Positions 18,384 through 29,209 of a stretch of 64,000 bases of DNA are shown here, piece after piece. Each line of letters begins with the position of its first letter. The first letter of the stretch is position 1. This stretch comes from Bacteroidota bacterium (lineage in GTDB: Bacteria; Bacteroidota; Bacteroidia; UKL13-3). The position numbers and the translations under genes are program-made. The notes below the pieces were generated by a model, which was not told the origin of the DNA, did no database searches, and was given only the letters and a program-made list of their open reading frames with translations. The stretch spans positions 42,436 through 106,435 of the forward strand of contig JAIXWD010000017.1 of NCBI GenBank assembly GCA_027482225.1, given 5' to 3'.

Positions 18384-19715
18384 ATGGCTAAAATTGATAC
18401 GGCAAAAATACGGAACTTTGTTACGCACGATGTGTGGCATGTAAAGTTAGATAAATTTCCAAAATGGCAGCGTGGAATGATAAAAATTTTACGCGTTAGC
18501 ATATTAGCTGTAAAGGATTTTGTTCGCAAAAATTTAGCCTTACGTGCATCGGCACTTACCCTATACTCTTTACTATCTATTGTTCCTGTTGTAGCTATGA
18601 TATTTGGCATTGCACAAGGATTTGGACTACAAGAATATTTAGATAGCCAGTTGAAAAATATTTTGGTTGGACAACCCGAGGTGTTAGAAAATGTAATGAA
18701 TTATGCGCATAATCTCTTGGGTAGTACAAAAGGTGGAGTAATTGCTGGTTTGGGTTTTGTATTGTTGTTGTGGAGTGTTTTACAAGTATTATCTAATATC
18801 GAGGAAGCATTTAATTCTATTTGGGATGTACAAAAACCGCGAACCATGGCTAGGCAGTTTACTGACTATTTATCCATGATGTTAGTTGCTCCGATCTTTA
18901 TTGTAATTTCAGGTGCGGCAAATATTTATATAACAACTCAGGTACAAAATATACTAATTCATCTTAGTTTTTTAGGTCCTGCTATTACAGAGTTAATTAT
19001 TATTTCATTACAGGTTTTACCTTATATCACCACAAGTATTTTGTTTTTCTTCTTGTATTTGGTTATGCCTAATACACGTGTCAAGCCCAAGGCTGCTCTT
19101 ACTGCAGGAATTATTGCTGGTTGTGTGTTTCAGGTGTTTCAATGGGCTTACATTGCTTTTCAAATTGGCGTATCGAGATACAATACTATTTATGGTAGCT
19201 TTGCTTCTATTCCTTTATTCATTACTTGGTTACAGTTTAGTTGGATGATAGTATTGGTTGGTGCAGAAATCTCATTTAGCGTACAAAATATTGCCTTATT
19301 TGAATCAGAAAAACAAACGGGGAATATTAGTCATAAAATGCGGATGCTATATTGTTTGTATATCATGCATTTTATAGCCAAAAAGTTTAAAGATGCATTA
19401 CAACCCCCAGATGCTTCAGAGATTGCAACAAAATTAAATTTGCCTTTGAGTTTAACACGAAGTTTATTAAGCACAATGCAGAAATGCGATTTACTTGCTA
19501 AAACAATAGAAGAAGGTAAAAATAAAGACTATTGTTATGTACCTGCACTTGATTTACAATATTTAAGAGTAGGATTTATAATAAATAAAATTGAAAGTTT
19601 GGGCCAACTAAAAAAACACGAAGGAGAGGTCTTACATCAAATAAAATTAACCTACATCGCATTAGAAAATGCCATGAACCAGTCATCCGAAAACAAACAC
19701 ATTTTAGAATTTTAA
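18384..19715 (+). CDS. YihY/BrkB-family membrane protein with C-terminal wHTH-like domain
   Basis: ASALTLYSLLSIVP, IEEAFNSIW and YGSFASIPLFITW...LVGAEI motifs. Confidence 0.9.
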   Translation: MAKIDTAKIRNFVTHDVWHVKLDKFPKWQRGMIKILRVSILAVKDFVRKNLALRASALTLYSLLSIVPVVAMIFGIAQGFGLQEYLDSQLKNILVGQPEVLENVMNYAHNLLGSTKGGVIAGLGFVLLLWSVLQVLSNIEEAFNSIWDVQKPRTMARQFTDYLSMMLVAPIFIVISGAANIYITTQVQNILIHLSFLGPAITELIIISLQVLPYITTSILFFFLYLVMPNTRVKPKAALTAGIIAGCVFQVFQWAYIAFQIGVSRYNTIYGSFASIPLFITWLQFSWMIVLVGAEISFSVQNIALFESEKQTGNISHKMRMLYCLYIMHFIAKKFKDALQPPDASEIATKLNLPLSLTRSLLSTMQKCDLLAKTIEEGKNKDYCYVPALDLQYLRVGFIINKIESLGQLKKHEGEVLHQIKLTYIALENAMNQSSENKHILEF

Positions 19716-20285
19716 ATGGTTGAGCAAATTACCCCTGATATGCTATTGTATGCATATAGCACCGGAGTTTTTCCGATGGCTAACCAAGAGGAAGGGGATG
19801 TTATTTATTGGATTGAACCTGAGTTCAGAGGGGTTATTCCTTTAGATGAATTTAAAGTAAGCAAATCGCTAAGGCAAACTTTACATAGTGGAAAATATTA
19901 CGTTACTATTAATAGAAATTTTGAAAGCGTAATGCGTGCTTGTGCTAATCGAGAAGAAACTTGGATAAGTGAAGAGATTATACAAGCATACTGCAAATTA
20001 AACCAAATGGGATATGGGTTTAGTTTTGAAACCTGGAACCAAAAACATGAATTGGTTGGTGGGCTTTATGGCTTTGCAATGGGTAAGGCTTTTTTTGGCG
20101 AAAGTATGTTTAGTACCCAAACAGATGCAAGTAAAGTAGCCCTATATTGTTTAGTTGAGTGGATGAAAGAAAACCAATTTACGTTATTAGATACACAGTA
20201 TATTTCTGATCATTTAAGAACATTAGGTGCAATAGAAATTACAAAAGCACAATACAATAAATTGCTTGCTGATGCATTGGCATAA
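19716..20285 (+). CDS. aat: Leucyl/phenylalanyl-tRNA--protein transferase
   Basis: AYSTGVFPM, LVGGLYG, FFGESMFS, DASKVAL and LLDTQ motifs. Confidence 0.95.
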   Translation: MVEQITPDMLLYAYSTGVFPMANQEEGDVIYWIEPEFRGVIPLDEFKVSKSLRQTLHSGKYYVTINRNFESVMRACANREETWISEEIIQAYCKLNQMGYGFSFETWNQKHELVGGLYGFAMGKAFFGESMFSTQTDASKVALYCLVEWMKENQFTLLDTQYISDHLRTLGAIEITKAQYNKLLADALA

Positions 20286-20458
20286 ATTGAAATTGTTGTT
20301 GATTGTTGTAATGTATAGTTTAATTAAAAGCATTTTGCTTATGTATGTTATTTTACATAGCGATTGTTATAAAAAGTATATGCTAACTGAAATACAATTA
20401 TGCTAACGGTTAAATATTAATAATGTTGAATTTGGGTTAATGTACTAATATTGTGTGT

Positions 20459-21124
20459 ATGCAACGGTTGTTTTTTATATTAATGATGTTGTTTGCCTCT
20501 GTGGCAATTGCCCAAACAGATAGTTCTGATTTGGTGGATGAGGACGAGGATTCGTTTGAGTGGCTTAAAGGCGATATGAATGAAGACCAAGAGTTTGGTA
20601 TACGCTTGGGTACAAACACAACTACAATGTTGGGTGGAGAATTGGACAATCCAAGGCCAATGTTTGGGTTAAATGGTGCTGTTTATTATCGTAAAAAGGT
20701 ATCGCCAAAAAATGCCTTTCAACTTGATTTAGCAGTAAGTTTACGTGGCAGTAATTTTGATAATCCAGTTGGTAAATACAACAAACTTGTTACTTATTAT
20801 TTAGATTTACCAATTACATGGGTTAGATCAATAAACGCTAATAACAGTTCTCACTTTATTGCAGGGCTACAATATTCTCATCTACTTAATACATCAATTT
20901 TTATCAACCCCAACACGGTTGCCGAAAATGAAAAACCAAAGTTAAAACCGAACGATGTTTTATTGGTTGCAGGTACTCAGTTTTATGGTGGCTTTGTTGG
21001 TTTTCAAATTGTGGCTAAGTATGGTTTGTTAAACATTAACAACGGCTTAATAAGTGGATTAAATCCGCTGTTTAAAAACAAGGATATTCATAATTTTGTA
21101 CTTGAAATAAATTTACTTTTTTAA
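20459..21124 (+). CDS. Outer-membrane beta-barrel (PorT-like) protein
   Basis: Signal peptide ending AIA|Q, YYLDLPI strand, terminal Phe. Confidence 0.7.
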   Translation: MQRLFFILMMLFASVAIAQTDSSDLVDEDEDSFEWLKGDMNEDQEFGIRLGTNTTTMLGGELDNPRPMFGLNGAVYYRKKVSPKNAFQLDLAVSLRGSNFDNPVGKYNKLVTYYLDLPITWVRSINANNSSHFIAGLQYSHLLNTSIFINPNTVAENEKPKLKPNDVLLVAGTQFYGGFVGFQIVAKYGLLNINNGLISGLNPLFKNKDIHNFVLEINLLF

Positions 21125-21154
21125 TCAACCCTAACAGGGCAAATACCAAACACT

Positions 21155-21973
21155 GTGAATCGTAACGAACTTGTTAATCAAATTAAATTAAAGAAAAGCT
21201 TTTTGTGTGTTGGATTAGATACTGATATCAAAAAAGTACCTGTACATTTATTACAAGAAAAAAACCCAGTATTGTCTTTTAATAAAGCCATTATTGATGC
21301 CACAAAGGATTATTGCGTGAGTTATAAAATTAATACTGCCTTTTATGAGGCAGAGGGCGTTAAAGGATGGCAAACAATGCAGGATACTCTGAACTATATT
21401 CCTAAAAATATTTTCACCATTGCTGATGCAAAGCGCGGTGATATTGGTAATACCAGTGATATGTATGCACGTGCTTTTTTCGAGCACATGAGTTTTGATT
21501 CTGTAACACTTGCACCATATATGGGACAAGATTCTTTATCTCCATTTTTTAAATACGAAAATAAATGGGGTATAGTATTGGCTTTAACATCAAATCCGGG
21601 TAGTGCAGATTTTGAGCAACAACAGATTGGTGATCATAAATTATACGAACGTGTAATAAAAACTTTTGCAGCATTAGCAACAGATAAACAATTAATGTTT
21701 GTAGTTGGCGCAACTAAACCTCAAGAGTTGGGCGAAATACGTAAACAAGTGCCTGGTTATTTCTTACTGGTTCCTGGTGTTGGCGCACAGGGGGGTAGTT
21801 TGGTTGATGTAGCAAAACATGGCATGAACAAAGATTGCGGCTTGTTGATTAATGCATCTCGCAGTATTATATACGCAAGCAACGGAATTGATTTTGCAAA
21901 AAAAGCTGCAGAGGAAGCAAAACTAATGGCAGACGAAATGGCTCTGTTGCTGCACAATTATGGTATTATTTAA
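21155..21973 (+). CDS. pyrF: Orotidine-5'-phosphate decarboxylase
   Basis: [26 protein letters not shown] and [10 protein letters not shown] motifs. Confidence 0.96.
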   Translation: MNRNELVNQIKLKKSFLCVGLDTDIKKVPVHLLQEKNPVLSFNKAIIDATKDYCVSYKINTAFYEAEGVKGWQTMQDTLNYIPKNIFTIADAKRGDIGNTSDMYARAFFEHMSFDSVTLAPYMGQDSLSPFFKYENKWGIVLALTSNPGSADFEQQQIGDHKLYERVIKTFAALATDKQLMFVVGATKPQELGEIRKQVPGYFLLVPGVGAQGGSLVDVAKHGMNKDCGLLINASRSIIYASNGIDFAKKAAEEAKLMADEMALLLHNYGII

Positions 21974-22078
21974 ACATTGAATCAGTAATAAAAACAGGCT
22001 TAATTGTAAATAGAGTTAGGGTGATATGGTAATAAGAAAAAACAACTAAATTTGTTTTAACCTTAAACCCTAATTACA

Positions 22079-23335
22079 ATGCGAGAAGACTTACTCCAAT
22101 TTATTTGGCAACAAAAAGCGTTGCTTAAATATGAACTTAAAACCACTGATGGTAAACGTATTGAGGTAATAAAAACGGGCTCGTTAAACATCGATGCAGG
22201 GCCTGATTTTTTTAATGCCCGCATTAAAATTGAAAATACCATTTGGGCTGGTAATGTTGAAATACACTTGAAAAGTAGTGATTGGATTAAACACAAACAC
22301 CATACAGATAAAGCCTATCATAATGTTATTTTACATGTAGTATTTGAGCACGATCTTGATTTAAATATTCCAACATTAGAACTTAAAAGCTATCTATCTA
22401 AAAATCTACTCGACAACTACCATTTATTGCAGCAATCTGCCTTGCGTGTTCCTTGTCAGAATATGATAAGTTTACCAGAGCGCATTAAGCTGGAGCTGTT
22501 TTTATATCGATTATCGGTTGAGCGTTTAGAGCAAAAATGTGTTGCACTTGAGCAAGAGTTAATCCAATATAAAAATAGTTGGGAAAAGCTGTTTTATGTA
22601 ACAACAGCCAAGTATTTTGGAATGAAAATTAATGCAGAACCTTTTGTACAATTGGCACAGAATATTCCTGCTATACTATTCGCTAAACACAAACACAATC
22701 CAACCCAAATTAACAGTTTAATATTTGGAGTAAGTGGTTTTTTGCCAGCACATCAACCTGATAATTATACTGAAGAATTGGAACAAGAATTCTTTTTTTT
22801 AAGAAATAAATATAATTTGATGCAACTGAATAAAAGTGTTTGGAAATTTGCTAAAACGCGGCCAGCAAATTTCCCAACAATTAGGCTTGCCCAATTTGCC
22901 ACATTGGTGCACCAGTCGGCACATTTATTTAGTAAAACGATGGAAGCCGAATCGTTACAAGAGGTTAAAAAACTTCTATTGGTTGTGCCCTCTGATAAGA
23001 TTAACCTCAACTGCTTTCATCATGCAAACCACATTTTGGAGCCAGTAATGGGCGAACAGTTTCTAAATCACTTGATTATTAATGTAGTTGTACCAATAAA
23101 ATTCTTATTCGGCAAACACATGCTTAACGAATCATATTGCGAACAAGCTTTAAATTGGCTAGAAGAAATTAAACCCGAAAACAACAGTATCGTTAAATTT
23201 TGGAAAACCTGTGGCATCAAACCAAATCATGCCTTACATTCGCAAGCATTAATTCAGTTAAATCATAATTATTGCACACAACACAAGTGTTTAAATTGTG
23301 CAATAGGAAACCATATATTGTATAAACATGTATAA
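22079..23335 (+). CDS. DUF2851-family protein
   Basis: GPDFFNA, WAGNVEIH, NVILHVV, RPANFPTIRLAQ and C-terminal CxxCxIG. Confidence 0.88.
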   Translation: MREDLLQFIWQQKALLKYELKTTDGKRIEVIKTGSLNIDAGPDFFNARIKIENTIWAGNVEIHLKSSDWIKHKHHTDKAYHNVILHVVFEHDLDLNIPTLELKSYLSKNLLDNYHLLQQSALRVPCQNMISLPERIKLELFLYRLSVERLEQKCVALEQELIQYKNSWEKLFYVTTAKYFGMKINAEPFVQLAQNIPAILFAKHKHNPTQINSLIFGVSGFLPAHQPDNYTEELEQEFFFLRNKYNLMQLNKSVWKFAKTRPANFPTIRLAQFATLVHQSAHLFSKTMEAESLQEVKKLLLVVPSDKINLNCFHHANHILEPVMGEQFLNHLIINVVVPIKFLFGKHMLNESYCEQALNWLEEIKPENNSIVKFWKTCGIKPNHALHSQALIQLNHNYCTQHKCLNCAIGNHILYKHV

Positions 23336-23888
23336 ATTAATATTTCTGTTTTGTTGTATTTTTTTATTTAATGATTTGTTCTCTCAGCAGGTTGTTTTTT
23401 CAAATCATAAATTAAATAAAACAATTGTTGTAAAACCTGGTTGTAAAGTTTTTTTAGGCTATAAAGGCTATAACGGTATGCAAGAGTTTGCATCTAACAC
23501 GGTAACAGATATTACTGATAGTACCATTACTTTAGGGGTTGATTTAAGTTTTTGGTTTCCCAATAAAAAGCCTAACCCATCAACTAATCAATATAAAATA
23601 ATCCGATTAAGCGATATCACCCATTTTAGAAAAAGAAGCATGGGTGGGGAGTTGTTAAAAAATGCAATGCAAATTGGAGCAGCAATAGGTTCAATATATT
23701 TATTATCAGATTTATATAGAAACAGTACTACAAGCAGAAGTAATGCTATTCTTATTTCGGCAGGTGTAGGAGTGGTATTAAATTTTACAGTAAAAATGAT
23801 TTTCCCCGAAAATGCAAAATATCGAATGAAAGATGGGTGGACCATAAATTTAAAACCCAATGAACTGATACCAGTTGGCAGAAATTAG
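23328..23888 (+). CDS. Hypothetical exported/membrane protein
   Basis: Signal peptide (LFS|Q), two C-terminal hydrophobic segments, overlaps the upstream stop. Confidence 0.7.
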   Translation: MYKLIFLFCCIFLFNDLFSQQVVFSNHKLNKTIVVKPGCKVFLGYKGYNGMQEFASNTVTDITDSTITLGVDLSFWFPNKKPNPSTNQYKIIRLSDITHFRKRSMGGELLKNAMQIGAAIGSIYLLSDLYRNSTTSRSNAILISAGVGVVLNFTVKMIFPENAKYRMKDGWTINLKPNELIPVGRN

Positions 23889-23949
23889 CCTTAGTTTAAA
23901 TTAATTTGCCAATTTGTGATTGAAGCGATTAAATTTGTCTGTGGCTAAG

Positions 23950-24168
23950 ATGGAAAAGAAAATAAAATACTTTGTAGAGAAATATGCTTTTGGTGTATGC
24001 AGCGATCTTGGTGAAAGATTTGGCATTGCTTCTTCGCGCATCAGATTGTATTTTATTTATACTTCTTTCATAACAATGGGTTCCCCAATTATTATTTACC
24101 TGATTTTTGCTTTTTGGCTCAATGTTAAAAAATACGTTCGCCAACGTTTAACCCTTTGGGATTTATAA
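23950..24168 (+). CDS. PspC-domain protein
   Basis: FGVCSDLGERFGI...IRLYFIY motif; ATG at 23950. Confidence 0.85.
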   Translation: MEKKIKYFVEKYAFGVCSDLGERFGIASSRIRLYFIYTSFITMGSPIIIYLIFAFWLNVKKYVRQRLTLWDL

Positions 24169-24192
24169 GCTAGATTAACGCTAATTATTATT

Positions 24193-25308
24193 TTGAAAAA
24201 GCCCGCAATTATTTTCGCAGTTCTCTCCGTATACATTGTAGCTGCTTTTGCCTGGTGGACATACGCTCACATAAAAAGTAGCAAGGATATTTTTATTGAG
24301 CAAGGGAAATACATAGAGCTGCTTCCCTATAAGGCTTCACTTGATGTACGTGGTGCTGTTGATCAAGAAATGTTTAGAGATACAGTTAGTTTTAAATCTT
24401 ATTTTAACTTTAATTATCCCGAGCTAAATCTTGAATTCGATCACACCCAAGATCCCATTTATAATTATGCAATTACACCCAAGAAATCAGCCATAGAAGC
24501 TATAAACAAGCAATATAAGCGTAGGGTATTGATGTATGGCACTGAGGGCATTGTGATGGTATTGCTCTTATTTTGGGGTATTATTTGGATTTATAGGAGT
24601 TTGCAAAACAGGCTTAACCTTAAGCGCCAACAAAGTAACTTTTTATTATCTATTACACATGAACTTAAAACACCTATTGCCTCTATTAAACTATACCTAG
24701 AAACATTGTTAAAGCGACCTAATTTGGATAAAGCACAGGCAGAAGTTATGATGCGCAATTCCTTAAATGATGTAACCCGTTTGCGAGATTTGGTCGAAAA
24801 CCTTTTAATGGCTGCACAATTAGACACACATCAATTTACGTTGAGCTTTGCTTCTATCAATATTTCAAATCTTATATATGAAGTGTCAGAAAAATATGTT
24901 CTTCCACGTAATTTACAGCATAGGTTAAAGGTACAAATCCAGCCCGATGTTTATGCCAACATTGATGCAATTGCTATGGAAATGGTGATCATTAACTTGT
25001 TAAGTAATGCATTTAAGTACTCTCCTGATGATAAACCTGTTACAGTTACATTGCACAACGAGGGCAGTGAAGTAAAGATTAAAGTAATTGATGAGGGTAA
25101 GGGTATTTCTGTTGAAGAAAAAAAAAGTTTATTTAGTAAATTTTATAGGGCCGAAGACGAAAACGTGCGAAAAAGCAAAGGCACAGGACTTGGTCTGTTT
25201 ATTGTAAAAAATTTACTAAATCACCACAATGCCTCGATTATTGCAAACGATAATAGCCCTTCAGGGGTTATATTCGAAATAACATTACAAAATCATGTCA
25301 CAGCATAG
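24193..25308 (+). CDS. Sensor histidine kinase
   Basis: Two TM helices, THELKTP H-box, NLLSNAFKYS, DEGKGI and GTGLGL. Confidence 0.93.
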   Translation: MKKPAIIFAVLSVYIVAAFAWWTYAHIKSSKDIFIEQGKYIELLPYKASLDVRGAVDQEMFRDTVSFKSYFNFNYPELNLEFDHTQDPIYNYAITPKKSAIEAINKQYKRRVLMYGTEGIVMVLLLFWGIIWIYRSLQNRLNLKRQQSNFLLSITHELKTPIASIKLYLETLLKRPNLDKAQAEVMMRNSLNDVTRLRDLVENLLMAAQLDTHQFTLSFASINISNLIYEVSEKYVLPRNLQHRLKVQIQPDVYANIDAIAMEMVIINLLSNAFKYSPDDKPVTVTLHNEGSEVKIKVIDEGKGISVEEKKSLFSKFYRAEDENVRKSKGTGLGLFIVKNLLNHHNASIIANDNSPSGVIFEITLQNHVTA

Positions 25309-25996
25309 AATATTATTGGTTGAAGACGAAGAGCATTTGCAACATGCCATTAAACTTAATCTTGAATTGGAAGGATATGTGGTACATGCAGTTGGGGACG
25401 GCAATAATGCTATCAAGGCCTTCAGAGAAGAGAAGTTTGATTTAGTTATTCTGGATATTATGCTTCCTGAAACTGATGGTTTAATGGTTTGTGAAAACAT
25501 AAGGCTTTATGATGCCAATGTTCCAATTATGTTTTTATCGGCAAAAAATACAGCAGCTGACAGGGTTTTAGGATTAAAAAAAGGTGGCGATGATTACATG
25601 ATAAAACCTTTTGATTTAGAGGAATTGTTAATACGCGTTAAAAAGCTAATAGAGAAAAACGTCCGAATGCACCAACATGCTGACCAAAAAACGGGCAGTT
25701 TGTATAAGTTTGGTCCAAATTGGATTAACTTTGAAAGCTATGAAGCTCAAGGCGTAAATGGTAAAATAGACTTAACCAAAAAGGAAATTTTGTTGATGAA
25801 ACTACTCATCGAGAATAAAAACCAAGTGGTAAGCCGCGAACATATATTAAAAGTTGTTTGGGATTATACCGTGATTCCTAATACCCGAACCATCGATAAT
25901 TTTATATTGTCATTACGTAAATACTTCGAAATTGATCCCAAAGAACCTCGATATATTCAAAGTGTGCGTGGGGTAGGATACAAATTTGTGGTTTAA
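25295..25996 (+). CDS. OmpR/PhoB-family response regulator
   Basis: LLVEDE, LDIMLP, KPF, wHTH with SVRGVGYKF. Confidence 0.94.
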   Translation: MSQHRILLVEDEEHLQHAIKLNLELEGYVVHAVGDGNNAIKAFREEKFDLVILDIMLPETDGLMVCENIRLYDANVPIMFLSAKNTAADRVLGLKKGGDDYMIKPFDLEELLIRVKKLIEKNVRMHQHADQKTGSLYKFGPNWINFESYEAQGVNGKIDLTKKEILLMKLLIENKNQVVSREHILKVVWDYTVIPNTRTIDNFILSLRKYFEIDPKEPRYIQSVRGVGYKFVV

Positions 25997-26382
25997 AGCT
26001 TAATACATTCAACCAAATAGTAAAAAGATATAAAAGCTCCTTGTATGTTATATATATAATATATGTTAAAAAAGCTTCGCTTTAGTTAATACTATTTTGA
26101 TATAGCCTTGCAATATGAAAACAACTAATAAGGAGTGATTTTAATAGTTGTGTTTTTTAAATTATTAGTTTCTTTAACCAAATATTAAAGCTTAACCAGG
26201 TGATAAATTTAAAAAACATAAATTCGTGGAAATAATTTTAATATGTGTCAACCCCCATTTTGCCCTTATTACAAGCAATTAAATCAGCAAACAAGTTTTT
26301 TCTTCATGTTTTTTTCACATTTAGTTGTGAATTATAAAATGATGGCGTACTTTCGCCACCCCGAAAACTAAACTTATAGGTT

Positions 26383-26826
26383 GTGGATACATTAAGTTAC
26401 AAAACAAAATCGGCCAATAAAGCTACTGTTACTAAAGAGTGGTTTGTGTTTGATGCGGAAGGCCAAACAGTTGGACGTTTTGCCACTAGATTGGCAAACA
26501 TTTTAAGAGGAAAGCACAAGACTAGCTTTACGCCTCACGTAGATTGCGGTGATAACGTAATTATTATCAATGCTGATAAAATTCGTTTCACAGGTAATAA
26601 AATGAACGACAAAGAATATGTGTTCTATTCAGGTCATCCTGGTGGACAACGCTTCGTATCAGCTAAAAATATGATGGCGAAACGTCCTACTTATGCCGTA
26701 GAGCACGCTATTGAAGGTATGTTGCCAAACAATAAACTTGGCCGCGAAATCTTCAGAAATCTTTTCGTTTATGCAGGTAGCGAGCATCCGCACGCTGCTC
26801 AACAGCCAAAAGCATTAAAATTCTAA
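26383..26826 (+). CDS. rplM: 50S ribosomal protein L13
   Basis: LRGKHK, TPHVDCGD and HPHAAQQP motifs. Confidence 0.98.
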   Translation: MDTLSYKTKSANKATVTKEWFVFDAEGQTVGRFATRLANILRGKHKTSFTPHVDCGDNVIIINADKIRFTGNKMNDKEYVFYSGHPGGQRFVSAKNMMAKRPTYAVEHAIEGMLPNNKLGREIFRNLFVYAGSEHPHAAQQPKALKF

Positions 26827-26829
26827 GAG

Positions 26830-27216
26830 ATGGAAGTTATAAACGCATTAGGTAGAAGAAAAACTTCAGTTGCTCGAGTATATATTACAGCGGGAACAGG
26901 AAAATTTGAAGTAAACGGTCGTGAGTCAAAAACTTACTTTCCTACAATAGTATTGCAGCACAGTATTTTCCAACCATTCGAAATTACAGGAACAACAGAT
27001 CAGTTTGATGTTAGTTGCAATGTAGTTGGTGGTGGAGTTGCTGGACAGGCAGATGCCATTAAATTAGGTGTTGCCCGTGCTTTAGTAAAACATAATCCAG
27101 AATTGAAACCAGCTCTAAAGGCAGTAGGTTTAATGACACGTGATCCTCGTATGGTTGAGCGTAAAAAACCAGGTCAGAAGAAAGCTCGTAAGCGTTTCCA
27201 ATTCGTTAAACGTTAG
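26830..27216 (+). CDS. rpsI: 30S ribosomal protein S9
   Basis: [10 protein letters not shown] and [26 protein letters not shown]. Confidence 0.98.
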   Translation: MEVINALGRRKTSVARVYITAGTGKFEVNGRESKTYFPTIVLQHSIFQPFEITGTTDQFDVSCNVVGGGVAGQADAIKLGVARALVKHNPELKPALKAVGLMTRDPRMVERKKPGQKKARKRFQFVKR

Positions 27217-27237
27217 TCTTTATTTTTTAAAAATTAT

Positions 27238-27981
27238 ATGTCACAAATCACACAACAAGAGTTGTTGGAAGCTGGTGTGCACTTCGGTCACTTAACCCGC
27301 AAATGGAATCCTAAGATGGCTCCGTACATTTTTATGGAGAAAAATGGAATCCACCTTATCGATCTTAACAAAACTGCTGTTAAGCTTGAAGAGGCCGCAA
27401 ACGCCATCAAAAACATTGTAAAATCAGGTCGTAAAATCCTTTTTGTTGCAACAAAAAAGCAAGCAAAAGAAATGATTGAAAATGAAGCTAAGCGCGTAAA
27501 CATGCCTTTCGTAACCGAGCGTTGGTTAGGTGGTATGTTAACAAACTTCAGTACCGTTCGTAAATCAATCAAGAAATTGCAAACCTTAGACAAAATGGCT
27601 GTTGATGGTACTTATACCAACATGGCTAAGAAAGAACGTTTAATGGTTGAACGCGAAAAGGAAAAATTACACAGAGTTTTAGGTGGTATAGCCGACCTAA
27701 ACCGTTTACCTGCTGCTTTATTTATTGTAGATATTAAGCGTGAGCACATTGCCATTGCAGAAGCACACAAATTAAATATCCCAACCTTTGCTATGGTAGA
27801 TACCAACTCAGATCCAACTGTTGTTGATTTCGCTATCCCTGCAAATGATGATGCTGCAAAATCAATCGCTTTAATATCTCGTGTTATTACTGATGCTATT
27901 GTGGAAGGCCTTGCTGAACGCAAAAAGGAGAAGGAAACAGACACCGATAAAGAAAAAACAGAAGAAACTGTTGAAGCATAA
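27238..27981 (+). CDS. rpsB: 30S ribosomal protein S2
   Basis: [25 protein letters not shown] and PANDDA. Confidence 0.98.
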   Translation: MSQITQQELLEAGVHFGHLTRKWNPKMAPYIFMEKNGIHLIDLNKTAVKLEEAANAIKNIVKSGRKILFVATKKQAKEMIENEAKRVNMPFVTERWLGGMLTNFSTVRKSIKKLQTLDKMAVDGTYTNMAKKERLMVEREKEKLHRVLGGIADLNRLPAALFIVDIKREHIAIAEAHKLNIPTFAMVDTNSDPTVVDFAIPANDDAAKSIALISRVITDAIVEGLAERKKEKETDTDKEKTEETVEA

Positions 27982-27991
27982 ATTTTTTACT

Positions 27992-28017
27992 AAAGTCGGC
28001 CCACAAGGCCGATTTTT
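27992..28017 (+). terminator. Terminator-like hairpin between rpsB and tsf
   Basis: AAAGTCGGCC-CACAA-GGCCGATTTTT. Confidence 0.55.
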
Positions 28018-28066
28018 GTATAGCGTTTAAAGTAAAATTATTTAATTATCATATAATAATAATACA

Positions 28067-28897
28067 ATGAGTACTATTAGTGCTGCTGATGTAAACAAAT
28101 TGCGCCAAATGACAGGCGCTGGTATGATGGACTGTAAAAAAGCCCTTACCGAAACTAATGGCGATTTTGACGCTGCTGTAGATTTCCTTCGTAAAAAAGG
28201 TGCTAAAGTTAGTGCAGCTCGTGCCGATAGGGATGCAAAAGAAGGTGCAATTATTGCAAAAACTTCTGCCGATAACAAATTAGGAATCATCATTCAATTA
28301 AGTTGCGAAACAGATTTCGTTGCTAAAAATGAAGACTTCGTGAAATTTGCAAATAGCATTGCAGATCTTGCCTTAGCAAACAAACCAGCTAATGCTGATG
28401 CTTTAAAAGCATTAGATTTAGGCGGTCAACCACTAAGCGAGCGTTTAATGGAACAAGTAGGTAAAATTGGTGAAAAAATTGACGTAGTTAAATACGAAAT
28501 TGTTGAGGCAACCAACGTAGTAGCATACATTCATGGTGCAAACCGTTTAGGTGTATTGGTTGCTATGAACAATGCACCAAGCGAGGCTAACCTTGTTGCT
28601 GGAAGAGATGCTGCTATGCAAGTTGCTGCATTAAATCCTGCTGCGGTTGATAAAGATGGTGTTGATTCTACTGTTATTGAGCGTGAGTTAGAAATTGCTA
28701 AAGACCAAGTTCGTGCTGAAGGAAAACCTGAAAACATGATTGAAAAAATTGCTCAAGGTAAATTGGCTAAATTCTACAAAGAAAATACCTTATTAAATCA
28801 AGAGTTTGTTAAAGATGGTAGTTTAACTGTTGCACAAATGCTTGATAAAGCAGAAAAAGGCTTAACAGTTACTTTGTTTAAACGCATTTCGCTTTAA
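28067..28897 (+). CDS. tsf: Elongation factor Ts
   Basis: LRQMTGAGMMDCKKAL, CETDFVAKN and GKPENMIEKI. Confidence 0.98.
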   Translation: MSTISAADVNKLRQMTGAGMMDCKKALTETNGDFDAAVDFLRKKGAKVSAARADRDAKEGAIIAKTSADNKLGIIIQLSCETDFVAKNEDFVKFANSIADLALANKPANADALKALDLGGQPLSERLMEQVGKIGEKIDVVKYEIVEATNVVAYIHGANRLGVLVAMNNAPSEANLVAGRDAAMQVAALNPAAVDKDGVDSTVIERELEIAKDQVRAEGKPENMIEKIAQGKLAKFYKENTLLNQEFVKDGSLTVAQMLDKAEKGLTVTLFKRISL

Positions 28898-28918
28898 TTT
28901 AATAACATAACAGAAATT

Positions 28919-28947
28919 AAAAGTCGCTTGAAAAAGCGACTTTTTTT
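28919..28947 (+). terminator. Intrinsic terminator after tsf
   Basis: AAAAGTCGCTT-GAAA-AAGCGACTTTTTTT. Confidence 0.85.
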
Positions 28948-29209
28948 GTGCCATTCACTTCTAATTTTATTTTAATAACATACTTTACCCTTTAGTAATA
29001 AGCATTATCTCATTTACCTATGAAAGCGTTTTACTAGCATCTTAAAATAATCGTGTAAATCAATAATATCAATAGACTAAACCCCATTGGATATTTCTGA
29101 TTTACCGTTGAAAACAAATAATTTCTCTAATTGCAGGTATGAGCTTATATTTACCTCCACAATAGTAAATGTACACTAGTGCGGTTTAATTTTCGTTTAT
29201 AGTATTTTA